From IMG/VR virus record IMGVR_UViG_2778261673_000009: 23,750 nt of DNA; one strand, written 5' to 3'. Shown here piece by piece: positions 8,166 through 16,355 of the stretch. The translations under genes and the position numbers were made by a program. Under the pieces are notes generated by a model, which was not told where the DNA came from, searched no databases, and worked only from the letters and a program-made list of their open reading frames with translations. The DNA comes from a virus. Its lineage: Duplodnaviria; Heunggongvirae; Uroviricota; Caudoviricetes. Every line of letters starts with the position of its first letter. Position 1 is the first letter of the stretch.

Positions 8166-8906
8166 CTAGCGTTGCATTTCAGTTACTATGAAATTTTCTT
8201 CTGTAATAGAATTCATTATCTCAAAGTACAATTCTTCAGGTTGAATAAACGCCAACTCTTTGCAAAGGTTGACAATGGTATCACTATAAGTGATACCCAT
8301 CCGAGGATTGAAAAGCTCAAATCTCTTGATGTTTCTTTTGTTTTTTGAGTAAAAGTTTAAAGTGAAATATATTAGCACCTGTCTAAGATCGTAAACACTA
8401 AACTTCCTATCTCCTGATTTTATTTCCACAAGAACATTTGAATAATAAATATCGCCATATGAATTATTTATTACTCCGCATCCATCGAATTGTGGAGACA
8501 CTTCAATTTGGTTTTCCATTCCATATCGAGACAAAATGTTTCTTGCTATTTCCCTTATGGCATTGTACTCAACCATGCTTAAGGGTAGCTTGAAGTTAGA
8601 ACCGTAAGCGAACCGCTGTAGATATTCTTTTGTTTTTTCAAAAACAACCTGAAAATCAGCATTATGGAAGATATCATGTGCTGAAAGAATATTTCTGTCT
8701 AACGAATCATTCTGTATTGCCCTATATAAATTAAATGCGCACTCATTGACAAAGACGTTATTTGACCTATTAGCGCAGTCATCTAGAGGAGGATAAACGT
8801 CCTCGATGAGACTGCCGTTAATGATGCGTATGAAATTATTAGCATTTGGAAGCAATTGATTCCAAAATGAAGTGAATTTTCGAGAAAACGTTAATTCAGA
8901 TATCAT
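8166..8906 (-). CDS. Hypothetical 246-aa protein, partner of the reverse-transcriptase gene; possible PD-(D/E)xK-type nuclease
   Basis: AT-rich ORF whose ATG overlaps the RT stop (ATGA). It contains GDIYYSNVLVEIKSG, that is D-x9-E-x-K. The nuclease reading is motif-level inference only. Confidence 0.6.
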   Translation of the reverse strand: MISELTFSRKFTSFWNQLLPNANNFIRIINGSLIEDVYPPLDDCANRSNNVFVNECAFNLYRAIQNDSLDRNILSAHDIFHNADFQVVFEKTKEYLQRFAYGSNFKLPLSMVEYNAIREIARNILSRYGMENQIEVSPQFDGCGVINNSYGDIYYSNVLVEIKSGDRKFSVYDLRQVLIYFTLNFYSKNKRNIKRFELFNPRMGITYSDTIVNLCKELAFIQPEELYFEIMNSITEENFIVTEMQR

Positions 8907-10531
8907 AGCGCATCCTCAAGATTTCTTGCGGTATGCCTTTTACTTGCCCAATCCCTGTAAATCACCTCTACAAAGTTGAATGTTTTCTTATTATGCTCTC
9001 TCCAGTGCCGTCCTTCATCACCTAAGATGTAACTGGAAACGATCAATAGTCTTCTCTGCAACGGATGCATTGCAGAGAAATTTTTTTTGATATCAGAAAG
9101 CCATGCGTAAGAATTAATTTTTGCCATTGACTGTGTAACTATGTTCTTGACTAAGATGCTTTCTGGATTGTTATTGTATATTTCACTAAGGATTAGGGTG
9201 GATTTTTCTGAATTTTCTTTTGAGAGCATTCGGGCTACATAGGCTAAGTTGAGCTCAGTACTCAAAATATATGAATCTTGTTTAATTAGTGCAGTTATTT
9301 TATCAAGAATAATATCTTTGGTTTCTGTGCTTAATTTTTGCCAGTTGGAGTTAGCTACTTGAATTATAGTTGTAAATATTGGATATAACTCATGCAAGTT
9401 ATTAAACATTACTTTGAAAGCACTACTTATTATTTCATCTGATGTTGCTGAGAATGCCTTTATCAAATGCTTGCTAAAAGATTGGTTAATTTTTGATTTT
9501 TGTAACTCACTACTCAGCATAGCTAACAAGTCAAAATCTTTTAAAGATTCCTTTATCTCTTCATATTCCTCTATCGCATTTGCTGAGTAAGGATCGAATC
9601 TTATAGGAAGACTCATAAATTTAGCCTTCATAGGAGATTCTTCATCTTCATCATTACCATGCAACTTAGCTTTAGTTACTGAAAGGAACTCTTCTTTAGT
9701 AACAATATTGGTTTTTTGTTTCTGTAAAGTTAGCCCTTCATTTTCCATCAGTTTTTTACTAAGCAAAGTTAAAATCTTATGAGCATCCTCTCTAGAGTTA
9801 CAAAAAATAACAAAGTCGTCGACATAACGCTTATAGTTGATTCTATTCATAGACAATAATTTATCAATAGAATCTAGAGCTAGTTCTGCTAATATTCTAG
9901 AGGCAGGACATCCAACTGGTACTCCATATGATTTTGTTTCACTAAATGTCTGTAGTAATTTCTTGATTTTCCCAGAGTAATCTTTATTGGGGTCTACTCT
10001 ATCTAACGCATTTTCTAAACGGTGGTGATAAATACGCGGATAGAAATCTGCTATATCGCATGTAAGTACATACTTTATTTCATCGTTAGAACATTCAGAG
10101 ATACTGTCTTCTTGATATTTTCTCCAAGAGATCTCTTTATCAAAAAGAGAACCATCAGCAAGGTTTGGTTTAAAGCGATATGAATAAACCTGCGTTTTAG
10201 TAGATCTATTCCTTTCAATATCATCAGCGATTTTTAAAACTAACCCAAGAAAAAAAGCATTCCAGAATGGATCAATTTGGGTCGCCCACCTGTAACCATA
10301 ATAACCAATACTTGAAAAGCTATTAATTATGTTTGGTGGAATCTCGATCCTTTTATTTTCAAAGTCATTAAATGTTTGCATTAATGCAGTTTTTACTTTC
10401 TCCTTATCATCTTCAAATAACCGACTTTCAAATGGGTAAGGGAAAATATCTGTATCGCCGTGCTTTATAATATTTTCCAATGCAAGCTCAAAGCAATTTT
10501 CTAGTTTACTACTATCAAACTCGTTACTCAT
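8903..10531 (-). CDS. Reverse-transcriptase-domain protein with a long alpha-helical C-terminal extension (Abi/DRT-like architecture)
   Basis: 542 aa with RT motifs read directly: CDIADFYPRIYHHRL (motif A-like), YGVPVGCPASRILAELAL (motif B-like) and YKRYVDDFVIF (YxDD catalytic motif, encoded near 9811-9822). About 250 C-terminal residues lie beyond the RT core. Strongly AT-rich relative to its neighbours. Confidence 0.85.
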   Translation of the reverse strand: MSNEFDSSKLENCFELALENIIKHGDTDIFPYPFESRLFEDDKEKVKTALMQTFNDFENKRIEIPPNIINSFSSIGYYGYRWATQIDPFWNAFFLGLVLKIADDIERNRSTKTQVYSYRFKPNLADGSLFDKEISWRKYQEDSISECSNDEIKYVLTCDIADFYPRIYHHRLENALDRVDPNKDYSGKIKKLLQTFSETKSYGVPVGCPASRILAELALDSIDKLLSMNRINYKRYVDDFVIFCNSREDAHKILTLLSKKLMENEGLTLQKQKTNIVTKEEFLSVTKAKLHGNDEDEESPMKAKFMSLPIRFDPYSANAIEEYEEIKESLKDFDLLAMLSSELQKSKINQSFSKHLIKAFSATSDEIISSAFKVMFNNLHELYPIFTTIIQVANSNWQKLSTETKDIILDKITALIKQDSYILSTELNLAYVARMLSKENSEKSTLILSEIYNNNPESILVKNIVTQSMAKINSYAWLSDIKKNFSAMHPLQRRLLIVSSYILGDEGRHWREHNKKTFNFVEVIYRDWASKRHTARNLEDAL

Positions 10532-11708
10532 TCACATTCTCCTTAATAAAAATATAATCTGAATACCACTGCATCATATCACGGCGTTTATCAATATATT
10601 GAGCATGATTATACGTACCTCTAATATTATTCTTATCTATATGAGCAAGCTGTATTTCTATCCAAGCCGAATCATATCCTTTTTCGTGGAGGATAGTAGA
10701 TAAGGAATGTCGAAATCCATGACCAGTAAGTTTTCCACCATAACCAATACGCTTGATAACTTGGTTAATACTCGCCTCACTCATAGGCTTGTTCGGATCG
10801 TTCCGCCCCGGAAAAACATAACTATACTTCCCTGTCATCATCTTGAGTTCATTTAGCAAATCTAACGCTTGAGTCGACAAAGGCACAAGGTGTGATCTGC
10901 GCATTTTCATCCTTTCAGCAGGAATTTCCCAAATAGCGTTATCTAAATCAAATTCTGACCATAATGCCGCACGTAATTCGATGGTTCTAACACCTGTAAT
11001 CATGAGCAATTTCGTGGCAATCAGGACAAGCCGACTTCCGGTATATCCGTTTAAGGCGCGAAGAAAATCAGGTATCTCATTAGCCTTTAAGAACGGGAAA
11101 TGATTTGATTGGTGTACATTGAGGGCGCTTGAAAGATCCGCAGCAGGGTTAAACTCAGCCCTTCCAGTAGCAATGGCATAGCGGAAAACTTCTGAGCATC
11201 GCTGCCGAACTTTGCGCATTTTTTCTAATGCACCGCGCTTTTCGATTTTACGCAGCACATTAAGCAGTTCTAGCGGTTTAATCTCTCCCACTGGCCTTGT
11301 TCCCACATAAGGAAAAATGTCGTTCTTAAACGCTTCCATGATGTCTGATGCATATCCCGCCGACCATTTGGTAGACTTCTGTTGATGCCACTCTCTGGCT
11401 ATCTTTTCGAAGGCGTTCTCTGACTCTGTTTGCAGAGCCAGCTTTTGCTCTTTTCGAACCTCACTAGGGTTCTTTCCTTCTGCCACAAGTTTTCGAGCTT
11501 CATCACGACGGGAACGAGCATCAGCAAGAGTGATCGTTGGGTAAACACCAAGCGAGATCATTTTGGGTTTACCGGCATAGCGATAACGAAATCGCCAGCT
11601 TTTACTTCCATTTGGCTCTACAAGTAAAGACAACCCTTGCCCATCCCCAAGTGTATAGGCTTTAGCTTCAGGTTTAGCACGGCGAATCTGCATATCATTT
11701 AGGGGCAT
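10524..11708 (-). CDS. int: P4-family tyrosine integrase
   Basis: 394 aa with a typical P4-type integrase N-terminus (AKPEAKAYTLGDGQGLSLLVEPNGSKSWRFRYRY) and a C-terminal catalytic region (HGFRHSLSTIL...). It is adjacent to the putative att core. The true start may be the second Met, 15 nt downstream. Confidence 0.9.
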   Translation of the reverse strand: MPLNDMQIRRAKPEAKAYTLGDGQGLSLLVEPNGSKSWRFRYRYAGKPKMISLGVYPTITLADARSRRDEARKLVAEGKNPSEVRKEQKLALQTESENAFEKIAREWHQQKSTKWSAGYASDIMEAFKNDIFPYVGTRPVGEIKPLELLNVLRKIEKRGALEKMRKVRQRCSEVFRYAIATGRAEFNPAADLSSALNVHQSNHFPFLKANEIPDFLRALNGYTGSRLVLIATKLLMITGVRTIELRAALWSEFDLDNAIWEIPAERMKMRRSHLVPLSTQALDLLNELKMMTGKYSYVFPGRNDPNKPMSEASINQVIKRIGYGGKLTGHGFRHSLSTILHEKGYDSAWIEIQLAHIDKNNIRGTYNHAQYIDKRRDMMQWYSDYIFIKENVNE

Positions 11709-11872
11709 GTGTATAGAATTCCAAAATCGAACAGGAACATATACATAATCCTATACACATTTAGTACTGGATTCTACTGGAAAGTTATGGACTAATACGA
11801 ACAGTAAAAACAAAAAATCTTTTATAAAACAGTGCGGTTATGGATAAATACGGATGTTTGAAGAAGTGGAGA

Positions 11873-11890
11873 TGGTGCCGATAATAGGAG
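11873..11890. repeat. Putative attachment-site core, junction copy next to int (ATGGTGCCGATAATAGGA)
   Basis: Direct repeat of 546-563, about 165 bp upstream of the int start. The nearby sequence carries TATACACA-type motifs (11712-11760), also seen inside the other end (620-641), as expected for integrase arm sites. Confidence 0.45.
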
Positions 11891-12033
11891 TAAAACACTC
11901 GATTAATCTCGTGTTAATGCCATCACCTACGACTATTACTAATTGATTGAATCTTATAGAAAAATAATCATTTTCTATGCGTCACAATCAATTTTCACAT
12001 TACAAACGCTCCGACACTTTAGCCGGAGATTTT

Positions 12034-13311
12034 ATGAGATACAAGCCTAACCAATACTTAATCTGTGATTCTTACGGTAACTACTATTTAAGGATCACGC
12101 TGCCTGTGTATATGCAGCCCTTTTTTGAAGGAAAAAGGACGTTTGTCAGAAGTCTACACACAAGTAATCTTCGTGTTGCACGTAGAAAGCGTGATCAGAT
12201 TGCAGATGAATACCATTGCTTACGGGAGAGTGTTGCCCCTGTAAACAGCACAATAGAAAACACGCTGGAACTGTTACGCAGTAAGGCTAAATACGCCAAA
12301 ACAGCTACCAGAGTGCAAGATACAGCGTCTTCGTGTCCGTCATTGCTTAAAATTCTTGAAATCTACCTGACAATTAACAGCACGAAGAAGAAGCCAGCCA
12401 CTTTAGCTAAGGCAAGAAAAGCGGTAGAGATGTTTCTCTCCTACCGTAAAAAGCCTGATATTGCATTGCAAGATGTAAGCCGCACCACTGTTACAGGCTG
12501 GATTGAACACATGCAAAAAACTCTTTCACAACAATCAATTGCAAATTATATCAGCCCAATGGCCCAGCTATGGGAGTTAGCTTCATCACGTTACCACGAT
12601 GCGCCAGAAAGGGCGCTCTCCCCCTGGCGAGGGCATAGGCTTGATGTGGCACAAAGTAGAGAGAGCTACGAGGCATTTTCTAACAAAGAGCTATTGCAGG
12701 TGTTGCAAGTATTTTCCGGTAATTCAGCAGAAAACAAAGAAATGACGGCTTTGTGTCTTATCGGTTTATATACAGGTATGCGGATCAATGAGATAGCAAG
12801 TCTCACAATAGACGATGTGAAAGAGATCGAAGGTGTGCTGTGTTTTGAAATCACACAGGGAAAGACGAAAGCAGCGGCACGTGTTGTGCCTGTACATAGC
12901 CTTATCACTCCGTTGGTGTTGTCGCTGCGTGAAAAGCCTCACAATGGCTTTTTGTTCTATCACGCCAGCATTACAGAGCGTGCTGATGGTAAACGTTCCA
13001 CGTGGCATACGCAGAGATTTACAAGAGCTAAACGAAAGGCTTTAGGGGAAAAGGGAACAGAAAGGAAGGTGTTTCATTCTCTGAGACACGGAGTAGCACA
13101 GCTTCTTGATCGAAATCAAATTCCAGAAGACAGGATCGCCCTTCTCCTGGGCCATACACGCGGCAATACAGAAACATTCCGCACATATAGCAAAAATGCA
13201 GCTTCTCCAGTAGAGCTTAAAAAATATATTGAGCTTTTACGCTACCCTGAAATAGAGAAAGGCTTATCAATCAATAAAAAATCAAATTTAAGGCGTAAAA
13301 CAACGCCATAG
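12034..13311 (+). CDS. Tyrosine recombinase / phage-type integrase of a second element
   Basis: Catalytic motifs visible: TGMRINEI, HSLRHGVAQLL and LLGHTRGNTETFRTYS. The track's longest ORF begins at 11977, but the ATG at 12034 has a GGAG Shine-Dalgarno 6 nt upstream and is preferred. Confidence 0.8.
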   Translation: MRYKPNQYLICDSYGNYYLRITLPVYMQPFFEGKRTFVRSLHTSNLRVARRKRDQIADEYHCLRESVAPVNSTIENTLELLRSKAKYAKTATRVQDTASSCPSLLKILEIYLTINSTKKKPATLAKARKAVEMFLSYRKKPDIALQDVSRTTVTGWIEHMQKTLSQQSIANYISPMAQLWELASSRYHDAPERALSPWRGHRLDVAQSRESYEAFSNKELLQVLQVFSGNSAENKEMTALCLIGLYTGMRINEIASLTIDDVKEIEGVLCFEITQGKTKAAARVVPVHSLITPLVLSLREKPHNGFLFYHASITERADGKRSTWHTQRFTRAKRKALGEKGTERKVFHSLRHGVAQLLDRNQIPEDRIALLLGHTRGNTETFRTYSKNAASPVELKKYIELLRYPEIEKGLSINKKSNLRRKTTP

Positions 13312-13392
13312 ACGTAATAAGGAGGCTTCAACATAGATTGGTAGCCTCTTTTATAATTACATCGTTACAGAGCGTTTCATAGGCGTTTAAGG

Positions 13393-14070
13393 CTATTGTT
13401 TAAATACTGGTGTTACAACGTCTTGCCCTGGGCTTTTTTGATTTTTCTGTTCTGTTGTATTTACCTGCATTTTAACCTGTCCCCCTACAGATTTATTTGG
13501 TGCTGTTTTTACAGCAATAGCATTAGTGGTGGCCTTAGAGACAAGACGAATTTGCTCAAAATCAAGAGTAAACAATATGCTTTCGCTTGCTTCTTCTTCG
13601 TAAGACATGCCAACTAACACAACGTTGTCATAATTTTTTAACTCAGTGACAAGTAGGAAAGGTTGGCGACTGTCCATCAACTGATTTAGGTATTCAAGCA
13701 TAAGCATACGTCGATTGCCGTTAATTCCAGCATTCTTAATCATATCAGGATTGAGCTTCAATACGGTTTCAGAGATACGCCCTTGTAATGTGAACTTGTT
13801 ATTCCGTATTTGAACATGATCACTAACTTCTGATCCTGATTCGACAGCATAGCTTGTAACGTCTGCATTTCTGCTAACTCTCGTCGATTCCACGCTATCA
13901 AATGATAATGCCTGGTAGTCATTGTAAGCAGCATTTGCACCACTGCCGAGATTAGAGGTAATGATCGCAAAGCCGTTACCCCCTTTAGTTGTTCTACCGT
14001 TGCTATCGTTGCTTGTGCTGTTGATTTTCGCCTCAGTCGGGCGACCAATGGTTAACGGACCCATTGCCAT
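13393..14070 (-). CDS. Hypothetical 225-aa protein, last gene of the structural-type operon
   Basis: ORF with AAGGA about 9 nt upstream of the ATG, co-directional with the upstream genes. No recognisable motif. Confidence 0.55.
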   Translation of the reverse strand: MAMGPLTIGRPTEAKINSTSNDSNGRTTKGGNGFAIITSNLGSGANAAYNDYQALSFDSVESTRVSRNADVTSYAVESGSEVSDHVQIRNNKFTLQGRISETVLKLNPDMIKNAGINGNRRMLMLEYLNQLMDSRQPFLLVTELKNYDNVVLVGMSYEEEASESILFTLDFEQIRLVSKATTNAIAVKTAPNKSVGGQVKMQVNTTEQKNQKSPGQDVVTPVFKQ

Positions 14071-14117
14071 AATTTGTAATCCTTATTTAAGGGGGCTAAA
14101 CAGCCCCACAGTGATGA

Positions 14118-15959
14118 TTAATAGGTTGACCCGCCTGACATAACACCCAGCGTTAATAGCTTGCTAAACTCAGCGGAGGATGCCTTTGATTTGAAGTCGA
14201 TAAATTCGCTCAATCGTCCGGTGTCTGATTCGATAGTTAGCGGCACTTCTGCATTTACTTGTAATTCTGGATTGAAGTTAATAACAGGTGCAAAGGTGTA
14301 AGAAGGAGCCTTGAAAGCTTGTTGTGCTGCACTCTGTTTCAGATTTGCAATGTTTTGTCCTTCGAGACTGTATTGATTTACAGCCTGCGCCCCACCTACC
14401 GTTTCTTCTGGCATAAACCAGCTTTTAATAGTGTTAACCAGGGAATTGCTGTTATCTGGCTTAGTTGTTCCGGTGCCAGCGCCTTTATATTGATCAGGAG
14501 TGAGATTAGAAAGATTCTGCTTCATTCCTTCGTTAGATAGTGGCGGTGCATCACCTAAATTCTTCTGAATAGCTGCCGTCTTCTCGTCGTTTTTCATCAG
14601 CCAGTTGATTGTTTTCATTACGGCGTTAACCAATCCGCCGATAGCCTCGCCTAATTTGGTAAACATTGGCAGCATTGCAACCATGCTCTTTTTAAACTCT
14701 TCAATCACTTTCGGATCAAGAGATTTCATAAAGCCATCAACAAAGGCGATCCCTTGTGAGTCAGAAAGCCCACTAAGTGCATTATTCAGTTCACGGAATT
14801 TAATAACGCTTTCCTGTTGTGCCTGTGTTACCCAGCGCCCTGATTCTCGTTGTTCTCGTGCTGATTGTTCCACTTCTTTAGCGGAGCGTGTCCAGTATTT
14901 AGAGGTGAGCATCAAATCATCAGCCAGATCTTCCAGACGACTACCGATTTGTGCATCTGAATAGCCTTTAGCTACCATTCCCTGAACTGCTTTACTAACC
15001 AGACCAGCCGGATTATCAGCAAAGTCTTTTAGATCCTTTTTAGTTAGGAATCCTTCATTCATTAAAGTATTGATGCCGCTATCGCCGCCCTTCCATTCGC
15101 CTTTCCCTGTTTTCTTATCGACTACATATTCAGCCTCATCATAGCTTTTGGTTGCACGCTCACGCACATCTTTCATCTGATCGAGATACTTACGTTTACC
15201 TTGATCCCCCATCATTGAATCAACGCCGTTTTTATACGCCCATTGCTCAATATTGTTCATCTGGTTAACGTCTACACCGCCCAGCTTCGCACGGCTATAC
15301 AATTCTCCCAGCGTTTCAGCACTGGCAAAGCTGTTAGTAACAAATTCAGAGGCTTTGCTCATAGCCATATACGTAGCGCCAGCGCCTAAGCCACCCAGCA
15401 TAACAGCCGCAGCACCGCCGCCAATACTCCCGCTACCCTTAACAGGTGCATAGGCTTTAGCGTGAGCGTTACGATTGCCATTAATCTTACGTTGTTGCTG
15501 TTGTAGGCGTTTCATTTGGCTATTCATACGTGCCAGACTAATAGCGCCTCTTTCATATTGGAGGGCAATTTCTCTAGCCTGTGCAATAGCTTTATATTGT
15601 TCCGCTACAGAAAGACGGTGCATTGCACTAATGCTTGATCCAACGTCTAAAAGCTTTAAGTCTGCCTTCTCTTTGCGTGCTGCCAGGGCTTTTTGTTCTC
15701 TTGCAACTACACGTTGAGCGGCTAATTGTGCTTTAGCATTAGCTTTATCAGCCTGTGCTTGCTTTTTAGCAATATCGTCTACGTCTTTTTTTGCTTTAGC
15801 GGTTGATTGTTTATGTGTCTTAACACGCAATTCTATATCTTTCACAGCCGCCATTTGTTTACGAAGTTTTTCTACTTCTGCTTTTGCTTTCTCTAATGAT
15901 GGTCGATCAACCTGGAAGGTGACAACGTTTGATAAGCGGCTGACGGTAAGGTCTAACAT
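14118..15959 (-). CDS. 613-aa protein with N-terminal coiled-coil region and Gly-rich hydrophobic segment (tape-measure-, ejection- or scaffold-like)
   Basis: The N-terminal 150 aa are rich in K/A/E/Q heptad-like sequence, followed by GSGSIGGGAAAVMLGGLGAGATYMAM and then a long polar region. The functional class is inferred from composition only. Confidence 0.65.
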   Translation of the reverse strand: MLDLTVSRLSNVVTFQVDRPSLEKAKAEVEKLRKQMAAVKDIELRVKTHKQSTAKAKKDVDDIAKKQAQADKANAKAQLAAQRVVAREQKALAARKEKADLKLLDVGSSISAMHRLSVAEQYKAIAQAREIALQYERGAISLARMNSQMKRLQQQQRKINGNRNAHAKAYAPVKGSGSIGGGAAAVMLGGLGAGATYMAMSKASEFVTNSFASAETLGELYSRAKLGGVDVNQMNNIEQWAYKNGVDSMMGDQGKRKYLDQMKDVRERATKSYDEAEYVVDKKTGKGEWKGGDSGINTLMNEGFLTKKDLKDFADNPAGLVSKAVQGMVAKGYSDAQIGSRLEDLADDLMLTSKYWTRSAKEVEQSAREQRESGRWVTQAQQESVIKFRELNNALSGLSDSQGIAFVDGFMKSLDPKVIEEFKKSMVAMLPMFTKLGEAIGGLVNAVMKTINWLMKNDEKTAAIQKNLGDAPPLSNEGMKQNLSNLTPDQYKGAGTGTTKPDNSNSLVNTIKSWFMPEETVGGAQAVNQYSLEGQNIANLKQSAAQQAFKAPSYTFAPVINFNPELQVNAEVPLTIESDTGRLSEFIDFKSKASSAEFSKLLTLGVMSGGSTY

Positions 15960-15993
15960 ACTGATTGTTTCCCTGTATTATGATTGTTGTTTG

Positions 15994-16191
15994 TTATTGT
16001 TTTTTAGAACAATAATATTGGATTGCTTCGAAAGTGCTGCACCCGGTCTGAAACACACGCTGCCGCACATTATTTGCATCAATTGAAAGCATTCTGCATA
16101 AGGCACTGACATTGATTATTGAGTCATCGCTAATAGCTGCCAGTTCTTTTACAGATTTAAGAATTAATGCCTGTGAATTTTCTGTGTTCAT
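15994..16191 (-). CDS. Small hypothetical protein (65 aa)
   Basis: ORF with a weak ribosome-binding site between the capsid-like gene and the 613-aa gene. Confidence 0.3.
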   Translation of the reverse strand: MNTENSQALILKSVKELAAISDDSIINVSALCRMLSIDANNVRQRVFQTGCSTFEAIQYYCSKKQ

Positions 16192-16355
16192 TGGTTTTCT
16201 CTCACATATATATTTTTATTTGGATTTGTAGACAGTAGAAAAACAAAAAGGGCAAAGAGATTCGTTACTGTATTTGCGCCTACAGGTTAGTTAATCTCCT
16301 TACCCTTATTGCCCCCCGATTATTTCCAGACGTAGGGGAACGTCTTTAACACTTT

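Noticed and set aside
8903-10531. Retron or group II intron reverse transcriptase
   Set aside because: The protein is much larger than typical retron RTs and is fused head-to-tail to int, with no upstream space for an msr/msd RNA. No intron-like RNA domains or maturase/endonuclease motifs were recognised. The Abi/DRT-like reading is preferred but unverified.
11709-11976. Possible tRNA gene at the prophage junction
   Set aside because: The core's reverse complement ends in CGGCACCA, but no T-arm (GTTCGANTC) or acceptor/D-arm structure is present on either strand beside either core copy. I do not call a tRNA.
14319-15717. Several 66-119-aa plus-strand ORFs inside the 613-aa gene
   Set aside because: Antisense to a long gene with a proper start. 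No translational signals.
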